DNA from: Acidobacteriota bacterium
GTDB taxonomy: Bacteria; Acidobacteriota; UBA6911; RPQK01; JAJDTT01
Direction: 5' to 3'
Length of the DNA stretch: 64,000 nt
Assembly: GCA_965209055.1 (NCBI GenBank)
Contig: OZ242374.1
Location: forward strand, 4,768,001-4,832,000
A model generated the notes under the pieces. It saw only the letters and a program-made list of their open reading frames with translations. It was not told the DNA's origin and did not search any database. The stretch's first letter is position 1; each line of letters starts with the position of its first letter. This document shows, piece after piece, positions 9,563 to 19,897 of the stretch. A program made the position numbers and the translations under genes.

Positions 9563-10612
9563 ATGATTCGCACAATCGAGTGGACCGACGAGGGCGTGGT
9601 CATGATCGACCAGCGCCTACTGCCGACCCAAGAGATCTACAACACGTACACCACCGTCGAAGGAGTGGCCGAAGCCATCCGGAGCATGGTGATCCGGGGC
9701 GCTCCGGCCATCGGCGTGGCCACCGCCATGGGCTTGGCGTTGGGGGTGAAGAACCTGACCTCCGGCGAGGACCTGGAATCGGAATGGCAGAAGATCTGCG
9801 AGACCATCCGGGTGACCCGGCCCACCGCCAGGAACCTCTTCTGGGCCATCGAACGGATGGACCGGGTGTTCCGGGCCCACTGCGGTTCCCTGGCCGAGGT
9901 TCAGGACGCCCTGGTGCGGGAAGCGCAGGAAATGCACGGTGAGGACATCGAGATCAACCGGCGCATCGGCCGGCACGGCCAACGGCTGCTTTCACAGGGT
10001 TCCACGGTCCTGACCCACTGCAACGCCGGCGCCCTGGCCACGGCCGGATACGGAACGGCGCTGGGGGTCATCCGGGCGGCGGTCGAGGCGGGAAAGGGCA
10101 TCCAGGTCTTCGCCGACGAGACCCGGCCCTTTCTCCAGGGAGCCCGCCTCACCTCCTGGGAAATGGTCCGGGAGAACATTCCCTGCACTCTCATCACCGA
10201 CAACATGGCGGGTTACTTCATGCAGGCGGGACGAATCCAGGCCGTGGTGGTGGGTGCCGACCGGATCGCGGCAAACGGCGACATCGCCAACAAGATCGGC
10301 ACCTACGGCGTTGCCGTGCTGGCCAAGGAGCACGGGATCCCCTTCTTCGTGGCGGCTCCCCTTTCAACCATCGACCTGGGGACGCCCACAGGCGCCCAGA
10401 TTCCCATCGAGCAGCGGGACATCGCCGAGATCACCCAAATGGCCGGGCAGGACCTGGCTCCCGAGACCGTCCAAGTGGCCAATCCCGCCTTCGACATCAC
10501 CCCCAACCGCCTGGTCGCCGGCATCATCACCGAGGAGGGCGTCGCCCGGACGCCCTACGTCGAGTCGTTGGCCGGCCTCTACCGGATCGCCAGTGAACGT
10601 TCTGGGAATTGA
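9563..10612 (+). CDS. mtnA: S-methyl-5-thioribose-1-phosphate isomerase
   Basis: [76 protein letters not shown]. Confidence 0.96.
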   Translation: MIRTIEWTDEGVVMIDQRLLPTQEIYNTYTTVEGVAEAIRSMVIRGAPAIGVATAMGLALGVKNLTSGEDLESEWQKICETIRVTRPTARNLFWAIERMDRVFRAHCGSLAEVQDALVREAQEMHGEDIEINRRIGRHGQRLLSQGSTVLTHCNAGALATAGYGTALGVIRAAVEAGKGIQVFADETRPFLQGARLTSWEMVRENIPCTLITDNMAGYFMQAGRIQAVVVGADRIAANGDIANKIGTYGVAVLAKEHGIPFFVAAPLSTIDLGTPTGAQIPIEQRDIAEITQMAGQDLAPETVQVANPAFDITPNRLVAGIITEEGVARTPYVESLAGLYRIASERSGN

Positions 10613-11633
10613 GACCAGTTGCGACGAGACCGCGGCGGCGCTGGTCGAAGACGGACGGCGGATCCTCTCCAACGTGGTGGCCTCCCAAGTGGACGTCCAC
10701 TCAATCTACGGCGGCGTGGTTCCGGAGCTGGCCAGCCGGGAACACGCGTCCAACATCAATCATGTCGTCGATCTCTGCCTCGAACAGGCATGGAACGGCG
10801 AGTCGGCCTGGGACCGGGTGGATGGCATCGCGGTGACCCGGGGCCCGGGACTGGTGGGGGCGCTACTGGTGGGAATGGCCTACGCCAAGGCTCTGGCCTT
10901 CGCGCTGGAGATTCCCATGGTGGGAGTCAACCACCTGGAAGGGCACATTCGATCGGTCCCCTTGGAGCATCCGGAGGCGGAGTTGCCGGCCCTGGCCCTG
11001 GTGGTGTCGGGTGGGCACACGAGCCTTTTTTGCCTGGACGATGAAGGTTCCTGCCGGGAACTCTCCCGGACCCGCGACGATGCCGCCGGCGAAGCCCTGG
11101 ACAAGCTCTCCAAGGCGCTGGGCCTGGGATATCCCGGGGGTCCCGTCATCGATCGGCTGGCCCCGCTGGGCAACCCGAAAGCGGTGCGGTTCTCGCTTCC
11201 CAGGACCAAGGGCGCCGAGCTGGACTTCAGCTTCAGCGGAATCAAGACTGCGGCCCTTCGCCATTGCCGGTTGGAAGGGATCCAACCGGTCGAGCCGGAA
11301 TTTGCGAAATCTCCGAAAACGGTGCCGAAAGCGATGTTGGACCTGGTGGCCAGCTACCAGAAGTGCGTCGTGGACCAACTTCTGGACCGGCTCGAGAAAG
11401 CCTGGAAACGACACGACGTGCGTTCCATCCAGATCTCGGGCGGCGTCTCCGCCAACAGCGAACTCCGCCGGCGGGCGGCAGACCATTTCCGGGACCGCGC
11501 TCCCGTCTACTTTCCTTCCCTCCTTCTCTCCACCGACAACGCGGCCATGATCGCCGCCACCGGACACCGCCGCCTCGCCGCGGGAGAGAGGGACTCGTGG
11601 GACCTGACCGCCGAACCCAACCTGCCCCTCTGA
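10593..11633 (+). CDS. tsaD: tRNA N6-adenosine threonylcarbamoyltransferase
   Basis: GTG start at 10593: [75 protein letters not shown]. Confidence 0.96.
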   Translation: MNVLGIETSCDETAAALVEDGRRILSNVVASQVDVHSIYGGVVPELASREHASNINHVVDLCLEQAWNGESAWDRVDGIAVTRGPGLVGALLVGMAYAKALAFALEIPMVGVNHLEGHIRSVPLEHPEAELPALALVVSGGHTSLFCLDDEGSCRELSRTRDDAAGEALDKLSKALGLGYPGGPVIDRLAPLGNPKAVRFSLPRTKGAELDFSFSGIKTAALRHCRLEGIQPVEPEFAKSPKTVPKAMLDLVASYQKCVVDQLLDRLEKAWKRHDVRSIQISGGVSANSELRRRAADHFRDRAPVYFPSLLLSTDNAAMIAATGHRRLAAGERDSWDLTAEPNLPL

Positions 11634-11773
11634 CCCCCGGTTCCCGGCCAGACGAGCTTTTTCATGTTTTTGCTCCCGTTGTCGTTTGATTGACTGATGC
11701 ATTCCTCCTCACGGGAAATCATCGGCCTCGCCTCCCCATCGGCGCGGACGCGGCCGCATGACCGGAAAAGGCT

Positions 11774-12043
11774 ATGAACCAGGACTACCGAAACTTCGTA
11801 GAGCAGCTGACCGAAACCCGGCGCCATTTCGACGTGGTGGGCGAATCCTTACGGGACGAGATCCAGCTCGTGGCCGAAGGAGAGATGAACCTGGAAAAGG
11901 GCCTCGGGGGAATTCGTCAGGAAATGACGGTGGAACTCTCCCAGGTCAAGGCCATGCTGCGGCTGTCCCACGCCGATCTGAAGCACCGGATCGCCTGCCT
12001 GGAACGGACCGTGGAGGCTTTGATGCGGGATTCGAACGCCTGA
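11774..12043 (+). CDS. Small coiled-coil hypothetical protein
   Basis: 89-aa heptad-rich ORF (ETRRHFDVVGESLRDEIQLVAEG) with a purine-rich RBS. Confidence 0.65.
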   Translation: MNQDYRNFVEQLTETRRHFDVVGESLRDEIQLVAEGEMNLEKGLGGIRQEMTVELSQVKAMLRLSHADLKHRIACLERTVEALMRDSNA

Positions 12044-12116
12044 CGGGCGCGAAGCGGCGTTCCTCTGGAAGTCCGGCGCGCCTGATCTTGCCGACCGGCG
12101 GTGGGCGGGACCAGTT

Positions 12117-13655
12117 CTATTCGGTTCCGATAGCGGCCAGGATGCCCTCCAGCGCCCGGTTTACCGCGGACTTGCTGTGGGCCTCCAGGGAGTCGTCATA
12201 GTCGGTGAGACGGGCCAGCACCAGATCGCGGGACGGAATCACCACAGTGCTCTGTCCGCCGGCCCCGGCCGCGTAGTAGGCATCCTCGGGCGCAGCCCAG
12301 TTTCCCTTGGTGTTGACCCACCACATGCCGCCGTACCGGGCCACGCCCTCGCCCCGGTTCTCCTCGTTCTTCCATGCCGGGGCCGGGGTTCGCACGAAGT
12401 CGACGAACTCCTCGGAGAGGAGCCGCTCACCCTGCCACATGCCGCGCTGCAGGTAGAGAAGGCCGATCCGGGCCCAATCCCGCGGCGTTCCGTGCTCGTA
12501 GCCGGACAGCACGAAATTGCCGTGGGGGTCGGTATCCAGGACCATGCGCCGGATCCCGATCTTGTCGAAGAGCTCCCGCTGGGGGTAGGTCAGGTACTCC
12601 TGGCCCTGTTCCTGGACGATCCGCTTGACGATGTAGCCCAGGGTCAGGGGATCGCAGTTGCGGTAGCGGCCCACCGTGTTGGGCGGAAACTGGAGGGGGC
12701 GGCTCGTCACGTAGCGAAAAACGTCGATGGCGCCCACATAAGGGTAGTAGTGATCCGGGTATTGGGGACCCACCTCCGAGCGGCCTTCCGGACTCTTCAC
12801 CAACCTCTCATAGAGCGTGAACTCGAGTCCGCTGGACATCCGCATCAGGTCGGCAATGGTGATCTTGGACCGTTCGTCTCCGGGACCCTGCCACTCGGGG
12901 ACGGGAGCCGGGTCCTCCAGTTTCAACAGGCCCTCCTGCTCAAGGCGCCCGATGAGCGTCCCGGTCAGGCTTTTGCCCTGCGACCAGCTCTCCATCAGCG
13001 TGTCCCGGGCGATGCCTTCGGCGTAGCGTTCGGCCACGAGCCGGCCCTTGTAGACCACCACCAGCCCGGCGGTTCGGGACGGCGGCTCGAAGGCCACCTC
13101 CACCGCCGCCTTCAGCTTCTCCTCGTCCACTTCGGGGGGCAGCGGTTCGTCCGGCAGGAGGTCGCCCATGGGCCAGGGCAGGGTTTGGGCATCGGGAAGA
13201 GAGGTTCGAACGGGAACCGGGTCGAAATAGATGCCGTCGTGGTCCTCGGGATGGATGATGCAACCCTGATCGCCGTAGAGCTTGGCCGTCCGCGTGAGGG
13301 TACCGCGCAACGTGGCCCGAACCAGGCGGTTCTCGTGGTCGATGGACTCGGTGACCTGGGCCATGTCCTCGGCCGGGAGGCGCACCAGCGCCCGCGTGAC
13401 TCTCCGGCTGTGTTCGATGGCCACGCCGTCTTCCATTTCCGAGACGAAGACCGACGAGCAGAGCAGCTTGGCGTAACCCGCCACGCCCAAGCTGCCGATA
13501 TCCTGGTCCTTGGCTTCCGGAATAGGTTTGGCCCCGGGGTCCCCGCCGGCGCCGGTGCAGGAGGCGCCAATAATCAGACCGACTGCCAGCACCAAAACGA
13601 CCGGATTCAGAGAGACCAGGGAACGACACGCAGAATAGGGATACTGCTCAGGCAT
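12117..13655 (-). CDS. Serine hydrolase, beta-lactamase class C-like, probably exported
   Basis: SWSQGKS (SxxK), ITIADLMRMSSGL, RYRN (YxN), TPRDWARIGLLYL, GAGGQ...IPSRDLV; start uncertain. Confidence 0.88.
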   Translation of the reverse strand: MPEQYPYSACRSLVSLNPVVLVLAVGLIIGASCTGAGGDPGAKPIPEAKDQDIGSLGVAGYAKLLCSSVFVSEMEDGVAIEHSRRVTRALVRLPAEDMAQVTESIDHENRLVRATLRGTLTRTAKLYGDQGCIIHPEDHDGIYFDPVPVRTSLPDAQTLPWPMGDLLPDEPLPPEVDEEKLKAAVEVAFEPPSRTAGLVVVYKGRLVAERYAEGIARDTLMESWSQGKSLTGTLIGRLEQEGLLKLEDPAPVPEWQGPGDERSKITIADLMRMSSGLEFTLYERLVKSPEGRSEVGPQYPDHYYPYVGAIDVFRYVTSRPLQFPPNTVGRYRNCDPLTLGYIVKRIVQEQGQEYLTYPQRELFDKIGIRRMVLDTDPHGNFVLSGYEHGTPRDWARIGLLYLQRGMWQGERLLSEEFVDFVRTPAPAWKNEENRGEGVARYGGMWWVNTKGNWAAPEDAYYAAGAGGQSTVVIPSRDLVLARLTDYDDSLEAHSKSAVNRALEGILAAIGTE

Positions 13656-13706
13656 GCGGCGAAGTCTACTACGGTCCTGCGGCAGAAGTCCCACTCAGGT
13701 GACGAG

Positions 13707-14723
13707 TCACCGGCTATCGGAGGATCGCAGCTCCCGGGCGGAGGGACGAAACGAGAACCAGCGGGCCATGGAATCCGCCGGCGCCCGGCGGGAAGCCCGG
13801 ATCCACTCCTGTTTCCGGCGGAACCGGTTCCTGAGCCTCCACACCTGCCGGTAGGCGCCCAGCGAAGACCGTTCCCGCAGCAGGACGTACCCACCGATCC
13901 CCAGATCCCGAATCCACATGTAGGGGAAACACCTGCGCCGCACCGCCGGGTCCAGGTTCTTGATCCGCATCAGGTACCGGTTCTTGAGCGAGTGGTAGTT
14001 GATGTGTGAGGCGAGACGGGCGCGGCGGGAGGGGAGCACCCGCCGCAGGTGCAGGCCTTGGGCAGCCGGTTCGTAGAGAGCCCGCCATCCCCGGAGTTGA
14101 GCCCGCCAGGCCAGGTCCGCGTCCTCCCGGTAGGCGAAGAAGTCCTCATCCAGGTATTCGTCCCCGTAGCGGATGTCCTCCAGCATTTCGCGGGTGCACA
14201 GGAGGGCGGCGCCGCTGATTCCGAACACGAGTTGGCGGCGGTCGTACTGGCCCCGGTCCGGTTGCTGGCTGCCCCGGTCGAAGTGCCGCTGAGTCGGAGT
14301 GAAATAGATGCCGGTGGTGTCCAGCACCGGGTATCCCCCCTCATGAACGGTCCGGCCTTCCGCGTCCATGCGAAAGAACTTCCCCCCCGCCATCCCCACC
14401 CGCTTCACGCCGGCCATGGATGCCATCAGCGTCTTCAGGTACCCCTTGGAGAGAATGACGTCGGGATTCAGGATCAGGACGTGATCGAACCCGCCCTGGC
14501 GAAGGTGGAAATTGTGACCGAAGCTGAATCCCCGGTTCCTGTTGGAGCGGTGCAGACGTGCGCCATGGCTCAGAGCCACACGGCAGCTCTCGTCTCGGGA
14601 GGCGTTGTCGTAGACGCGGATCCGCACGGGCACGTCCTGCTCCCGCACGGAGCGCAGGCAGGAGTCCAGGTGCGCCTCGCTGTCGTAGGTGACGATGCTG
14701 ACCAGTACGGGAAAACTCGTCAT
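13707..14723 (-). CDS. Glycosyltransferase family 2
   Basis: VSIVTYDS, VYDNASRD, NRGFSFGHN, LILNPD, LDEDFFAYREDADLAWR. Confidence 0.92.
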   Translation of the reverse strand: MTSFPVLVSIVTYDSEAHLDSCLRSVREQDVPVRIRVYDNASRDESCRVALSHGARLHRSNRNRGFSFGHNFHLRQGGFDHVLILNPDVILSKGYLKTLMASMAGVKRVGMAGGKFFRMDAEGRTVHEGGYPVLDTTGIYFTPTQRHFDRGSQQPDRGQYDRRQLVFGISGAALLCTREMLEDIRYGDEYLDEDFFAYREDADLAWRAQLRGWRALYEPAAQGLHLRRVLPSRRARLASHINYHSLKNRYLMRIKNLDPAVRRRCFPYMWIRDLGIGGYVLLRERSSLGAYRQVWRLRNRFRRKQEWIRASRRAPADSMARWFSFRPSARELRSSDSR

Positions 14724-14814
14724 TACATCCGGACAATTGTGCAAGACCCTTTACGAATGCCCCAACCCACCGCCAAGGATGCGTTGCACGCTCCTCTCCA
14801 AACCCCGTTCCCTC

Positions 14815-15750
14815 CTATAGACATATCCGCGGTTCGTAGTCCAGATCTGCAAACCGGGACGAGATACGCCGAGCATCGGCAAACACGGGCGAAGATGGAG
14901 ACCACTCGATCCGTTGAGTGAGATTTTTCAAATCAGGTGCGGAAAAAACATAACGTTCATCATATTGCCGAAACAGCGCACCAAAGAATTGCTCGAGGCG
15001 TAGCGGGCTGTCTCTGCGCGGAAATTCCTCCAGCAAATCCCCGGGCTGTCTCCGGTTGGACTCGACCAGACCTAGAGCCACGGCTTCGTAGCGACTCACG
15101 TCGTTGCGAATACCGCGCCGTTCCGTCAGTTCCCTAAGCGCCCCATGAAATCGAACAATCGACGCGACAGGTTGGCCGTCAGAACCGATAGCAATATCGT
15201 TGGGCTTGAGAACGCGTCCCGGCGTCGGTCCCGAGTCCACCAATCCGACTGATTCACCATCTCTTCGGTTGGCACGCATGACGAACATGTAGCCGAAAAC
15301 CATGGCCGGATAGGTGATGTGCAGATTCGTGCAATCACCGACGGCCTCCTCCATACGATTTGTAAGGTTTCGATAGGCACCAATCGCTCCTTTGCACGAA
15401 ACGGCCATCACCGGACCAATTCCGTTCTTGGTGACAACGACATCCACATTCTTGGTCTTGAGCCCACCCAGTATCGTGCGCTCACCGCCTTTCCCTGCGT
15501 CACGGTTATGGCTTAACTCGAACGCTCCTTTCGTTTTGCGAGTTTCGAACGGGGGTCGTGGTGTAATCTCATCTGGATTGAAGCCACCCTCCAGCACAAG
15601 GCGGCAGGCGACATACCAGTGCAATGGCTTGATATGCTGCTGTGACTGGGTCTTTCCGCTAAAGGTCGCGAAATGCCTTAGGGCATCCTGACGCGAAATC
15701 CACTTACAGGTGTTGCCGAACAATGCACCGGCCCGCCGGTTATCTGCCAC
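14815..15750 (-). CDS. Putative type II restriction endonuclease (PD-(D/E)xK fold, PaeR7I/XhoI-like)
   Basis: TKNVDVVV...MAVSCKG...RNLTNRMEEAVGD; directly downstream of and overlapping an m6A methyltransferase; GTG start at 15750. Confidence 0.6.
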   Translation of the reverse strand: MADNRRAGALFGNTCKWISRQDALRHFATFSGKTQSQQHIKPLHWYVACRLVLEGGFNPDEITPRPPFETRKTKGAFELSHNRDAGKGGERTILGGLKTKNVDVVVTKNGIGPVMAVSCKGAIGAYRNLTNRMEEAVGDCTNLHITYPAMVFGYMFVMRANRRDGESVGLVDSGPTPGRVLKPNDIAIGSDGQPVASIVRFHGALRELTERRGIRNDVSRYEAVALGLVESNRRQPGDLLEEFPRRDSPLRLEQFFGALFRQYDERYVFSAPDLKNLTQRIEWSPSSPVFADARRISSRFADLDYEPRICL

Positions 15751-17269
15751 GACTGTAGTGTCTCCAGGAGCGCATCGTTGCGAGAGCATCGTCCACGGTC
15801 GGTTCATCCAGGCGCGCCAAGCGAGACGGATCAGGCAGGATAACCTGGGCTGCTTCTCTGGGTTCCAGTTTCAGCATTCCGCCTCCGAGCGGGTGTCCTT
15901 CCAGTTCACAACTCAGTTGGACGAACAAACTATTCCAACGCATCTCCAACTGATGACCTGCAACAATGGACTTCAACTGAATGCCGTGGACCGAATTTGT
16001 GCAGGTGCAACGCGCATCATTGCGAACCATACTCGGTTGGACTCCCGACATGTAGCTGAGAAAAAAATCAGGAATACGCACGCTTGGCACAACGTACCAG
16101 GGATCTCGGGTCCGACATTTGTATGATTGGCGCGCGGCTTTACCGGCGGAACTATCCAGGTAACGCCGGATCGCATCCGGCAACTTCATGTCTCTCGACA
16201 AATGGAGCAACCACATGGGTGCGTCTGCACGCCGCCATTGCTCGACCATCGCCGCATCCACTCGGCGCGACCTCAACGCACGGCCGTTGCGAACAGTTGG
16301 ACGAAGTAGGGAATCCGGTATGCCTGATCTCTCAGCTTCGGAGGGACGGAGGTGGAAGAAGTCATTGGCACCGGTGACATAGCCGATTCCAATTCGTCCC
16401 AAGTCACCCAACCTCGTCGAATCTCGATCTGCTGCAACTTCACGGTACAGATCTCGCGCTGCTTGAGACATGATGAATGGCCGCAACCGGCACCCCCAAC
16501 TCGTGCGCCAATCCCTGACGGACACGGCCTCATATTCGCGTGGTGGGGTTTGCATCAGCCTGAATTCGTCAAGCGTTGTGAAGCGAATATCGGCACTTTG
16601 TCCACCGCAGCCATCAGCGTAAAGAAGCCAGCAATCTTCAGACAGAGTCGGGAAGAGCTTTGACCGCATCGCGACGATATGAACCACGGAAAATCGCTCG
16701 ACGAGATACTTGATCACGGGAGCGCCATAGGGCGCGTGACCAATCTCAGCGGGAACTACGAAAGCCATCCGCCCTCCACGCGCCACAAGTGAAGCCGAGG
16801 TGACAATAAAAGGGGCCCAGGACGAGGTTAGGCCGGTGAAACTGGCACCGAGGTCCCGGCACAAGCTCAGTGCGCGCGAGCGAGTGTTTCCCTTGAAATT
16901 CTGATAGCGGATGAATGGCGGGTTGCCTGCCACGCAATCGAAACGGTCTGATGTTTCGGCCGCCCAAGCGAAGAAATCGGCATCATGGATAACAGCGGAG
17001 GGGGCCCGGCATGTTGCGGCTTCGACCGATGCCGAATCCCACTCTATCCCCACACTATTGGGATGCCTGGCGATAAATCGACCATCGCCACAAGACGGAT
17101 CCAGCAATCGATCGTCTTCGCGTCGGATTACCCAGTTTAGCAGTGTCTGAACGACCGACTCGGGCGTATAGTAAGCGCCATTCTGCTTCTGAGTTGTTGG
17201 CATCTTGGTCTGAAATTTGTCGTCGCCGGCGAAGAGTGGCCGACGATAGGTTCTGCCCGTTCGTTTCAT
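15740..17269 (-). CDS. N6-adenine DNA methyltransferase (gamma class, TaqI/Eco57I-like)
   Basis: GAYYTP (motif X), LLDPSCGDGRF (motif I), VAGNPPFIRYQ (motif IV), C-terminal LGGGMLKLEP; GGGAGG RBS before ATG 17269. Confidence 0.92.
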   Translation of the reverse strand: MKRTGRTYRRPLFAGDDKFQTKMPTTQKQNGAYYTPESVVQTLLNWVIRREDDRLLDPSCGDGRFIARHPNSVGIEWDSASVEAATCRAPSAVIHDADFFAWAAETSDRFDCVAGNPPFIRYQNFKGNTRSRALSLCRDLGASFTGLTSSWAPFIVTSASLVARGGRMAFVVPAEIGHAPYGAPVIKYLVERFSVVHIVAMRSKLFPTLSEDCWLLYADGCGGQSADIRFTTLDEFRLMQTPPREYEAVSVRDWRTSWGCRLRPFIMSQAARDLYREVAADRDSTRLGDLGRIGIGYVTGANDFFHLRPSEAERSGIPDSLLRPTVRNGRALRSRRVDAAMVEQWRRADAPMWLLHLSRDMKLPDAIRRYLDSSAGKAARQSYKCRTRDPWYVVPSVRIPDFFLSYMSGVQPSMVRNDARCTCTNSVHGIQLKSIVAGHQLEMRWNSLFVQLSCELEGHPLGGGMLKLEPREAAQVILPDPSRLARLDEPTVDDALATMRSWRHYSRGR

Positions 17270-17713
17270 AACAACCTCCCGGTAAACGACTCGGGCCGGA
17301 CTGATCCTCCCCTTTGTGCCCGCTTGGCCGGAAGCTCTAAAGGTAGCTCCCCGAAATTGCCCTGTTTCAGGGTGGGGATTGTCACCACAGGATTCGACCA
17401 AGCCTTTTTGCCGGCTGACGGTCTGGTTTCTCGTTTACATTCTCACGGCATCTCCATAGTTAACCCCAGTCTCAGACGCCCACGGAATTCTCCTTGGTGC
17501 GTTAGAAATTCATCGGGACCAGATAGGCCCCCAATCAGGAGACGCTCCCGGACGCATTTCCAAAACGCTTGGACGAATCATGATCTCATACGAGGCTGAT
17601 ACGCTAGGCACGCCTTTGCGGTTTCCGCCGATCATTCGATTGCTGCCGATTTTGGGCATACACCGGGCTGATGGGATCCCAGATTCGGAAGCTTTTCGCC
17701 CCGGAATGAACCC

Positions 17714-18592
17714 CTACCGCCACCGGCCGATCACGCTGCGCCGTGCCAGAGCACCCAGGCGAATCAGGGGCCCCACGAGCGGATAGGCCGACTTGTGGTG
17801 CTTGGCCAGGTACCGGAGCATGTTGCGGTAGTAGATTTCCACGAAAGCAGCGTATCCCAGCCGGTCCAGCGAAGACCCGCCCAGATGGGTCCCGACCTGC
17901 AGACCCGGAAAATGGAGGATCTCCCAGCCTGCGGCCAGAATCCGGCGGCAGAAATCCACATCCTCGAACCAGGCCGGATGGAACCGTCGGTCGAAACCGC
18001 CGATGGCCTCCCACGCCCGGCGCCTCAGCATCCAGAAAGCGGCCGCGGGCTGTTCCACTTCCAAGGCTCGCGAGGAGGATTCATCGACCGCCACTTCGTC
18101 CGCTTCAGGATCTCTCCTGCGGTCCAAGCCGGCCGCCGCCAGCAGCTCGTCCAGGAAGACGGCGTCCCGAAGCAGGGTCCACGGTCCCGGAAGAGGGCGA
18201 ATCTGGGGAGTTCTGCCGGAGGCGGAGAGAAGAGTCCCGGTGGCGATCCCGCAACGCGGCCTCTCGTCGGCCTCGTGACAGAGGGTTTCCACCGTTCCGG
18301 CACGAAGGGTGATGTCCGGATTCAGAAGCAGGACCCAGGGGGTGGCGACCCGGGCGATTCCCCGGTTGGCCGCGCCGGCGAAGCCCAGATTTGCTCCGGC
18401 TTCCACCAGTTCGACCCCCTCCCTTCCCAGCGCCGGCCGTGCGCTTCCGTCCTGCGACCCGTTGTCGACGACCACGACCCGGGCCCATTTCTTCCCCAGC
18501 GGTTCCATCGACTCCAGCAGCCGGGCCAGGCAGGAACCGCTGTTCCAATTGACGATGACGGCGCTCAGGCCCGATGCGGCGTCCATGGGCAC
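17714..18592 (-). CDS. Glycosyltransferase family 2
   Basis: AVIVNWNS, VVDNGSQDGS, NLGFAGAAN, LLLNPD, GGFDRRF...FEDVDFC. Confidence 0.92.
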   Translation of the reverse strand: MPMDAASGLSAVIVNWNSGSCLARLLESMEPLGKKWARVVVVDNGSQDGSARPALGREGVELVEAGANLGFAGAANRGIARVATPWVLLLNPDITLRAGTVETLCHEADERPRCGIATGTLLSASGRTPQIRPLPGPWTLLRDAVFLDELLAAAGLDRRRDPEADEVAVDESSSRALEVEQPAAAFWMLRRRAWEAIGGFDRRFHPAWFEDVDFCRRILAAGWEILHFPGLQVGTHLGGSSLDRLGYAAFVEIYYRNMLRYLAKHHKSAYPLVGPLIRLGALARRSVIGRWR

Positions 18593-18595
18593 TCA

Positions 18596-19897
18596 TCAGC
18601 CCTGCGGGCTGTCACCATCCCGGAAGCGGCGGAAACGGGGCGTGACCTCCCACCGCATCATCCCGTAGACCAGGCCGGGACTGGTCAGATCCAGAATGTA
18701 TGCGTTGTCGATCCAATCCTCGACGGTGTGTTCCCAGATGTTCCCCCGGGCGACGGCAATGGAAATGGAATAGCTGCCCGGCCGCAACTCGGGGATCCGG
18801 AACCGGAAGCTCACCGTCAGCACGTCTCCCGTTTGCGCCGGCGGCAGGTCCAATCCGGCGTAGGAAGTGTTGGACGAGGTGATCTCGACCCCCATGCGGT
18901 CCCGGACCGTGAAGCCGACGATGGGATTCTCCAGATCCTTCAGCATCCGGGCCGAGATCAGCAGATGGACCTCCTCTCCGATCTGCGCCTGATTCAGGAC
19001 CCGTCCGTCGGAAGAGTGGAGCAACACGCCCATGATGCGGGCGCCTCCGTCACCGTAGCGGTTGTGGACGTGAGGCACGGTGCGGACGATCCGGAGGCGG
19101 TCGTCTCTTCCGGCCCCGCTCCATTGGAGCCTCTCTCCCTCCCGTCCCGCTTGCCTTGCCGCGACCAGGGCCTGATAGCGCTGGACCACCCGTTCCGGCG
19201 AGCCGTCCTCCAACATTCTTCCCCGCTCCAACAGGATCGCCCGGTCGCAGAACTGGGTGACCGCCTGCAGATCGTGGCTGACGAAGAGAATGGTCTTGCC
19301 CAGACGGCGCAGATGACGAATCCGCTGGATACAGCGGTGCTGAAAAATGAGGTCGCCCACCGCCAGGGCCTCATCCACCAGCAGGATGTCCGGGTCCACG
19401 TGGACGGCCACGGAGAAGGCCAGCCGCATGAACATTCCGGTGGAATAGACCTTGACCGGCTGGTCCACGAATTCGCCGATCCGGGCGAAGTCCAGAATGT
19501 CGTCCTGGCGTTCCTCCATCTGCCGCTTGGTGAACCCCATGACGGCTCCGGCCATGAGCATGTTTTCCCGTCCCGTGAACTCGGGATTGAACCCGGAACC
19601 GAGCTCCAGCAGGGCCGAGACGGTCCCGCGGACCCACAGATCGCCCGTGGTCTGCCGATGGATACCGGCCACCAGTTGCAGCAGGGTGCTCTTGCCCGAT
19701 CCGTTCCGCCCCACGATGCCCAGCGTGGTCCCGGGCGCCACTTCCAGGTCGATCTCCCTCAAGGCCCAGAATTCCCGGTGCAGGCGCTTCCTTTTCCCCA
19801 GGAACAGCTCCAGGAACTTGTGGCTGGGACGCCGGTAGATCCGGTATTTCTTGGAGACCTGCCTCAGGCTCACCACCGGCGGCGGCTCAGAGGGCAT
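18596..19897 (-). CDS. wzt: Polysaccharide ABC exporter ATPase with Wzt C-terminal domain
   Basis: FWALREI, GRNGSGKS, YSTGMFMRLAFS, LLVDEALAVGD, VSHD; C-terminal carbohydrate-binding-like domain. Confidence 0.92.
   Translation of the reverse strand: MPSEPPPVVSLRQVSKKYRIYRRPSHKFLELFLGKRKRLHREFWALREIDLEVAPGTTLGIVGRNGSGKSTLLQLVAGIHRQTTGDLWVRGTVSALLELGSGFNPEFTGRENMLMAGAVMGFTKRQMEERQDDILDFARIGEFVDQPVKVYSTGMFMRLAFSVAVHVDPDILLVDEALAVGDLIFQHRCIQRIRHLRRLGKTILFVSHDLQAVTQFCDRAILLERGRMLEDGSPERVVQRYQALVAARQAGREGERLQWSGAGRDDRLRIVRTVPHVHNRYGDGGARIMGVLLHSSDGRVLNQAQIGEEVHLLISARMLKDLENPIVGFTVRDRMGVEITSSNTSYAGLDLPPAQTGDVLTVSFRFRIPELRPGSYSISIAVARGNIWEHTVEDWIDNAYILDLTSPGLVYGMMRWEVTPRFRRFRDGDSPQG

Noticed and set aside
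14815-15750. Assigning CTCGAG specificity from the XhoI/PaeR7I resemblance
   Set aside because: The similarity is only motif-level, and CTCGAG occurs freely (e.g. 1242, 9243, 14992), giving no avoidance signal
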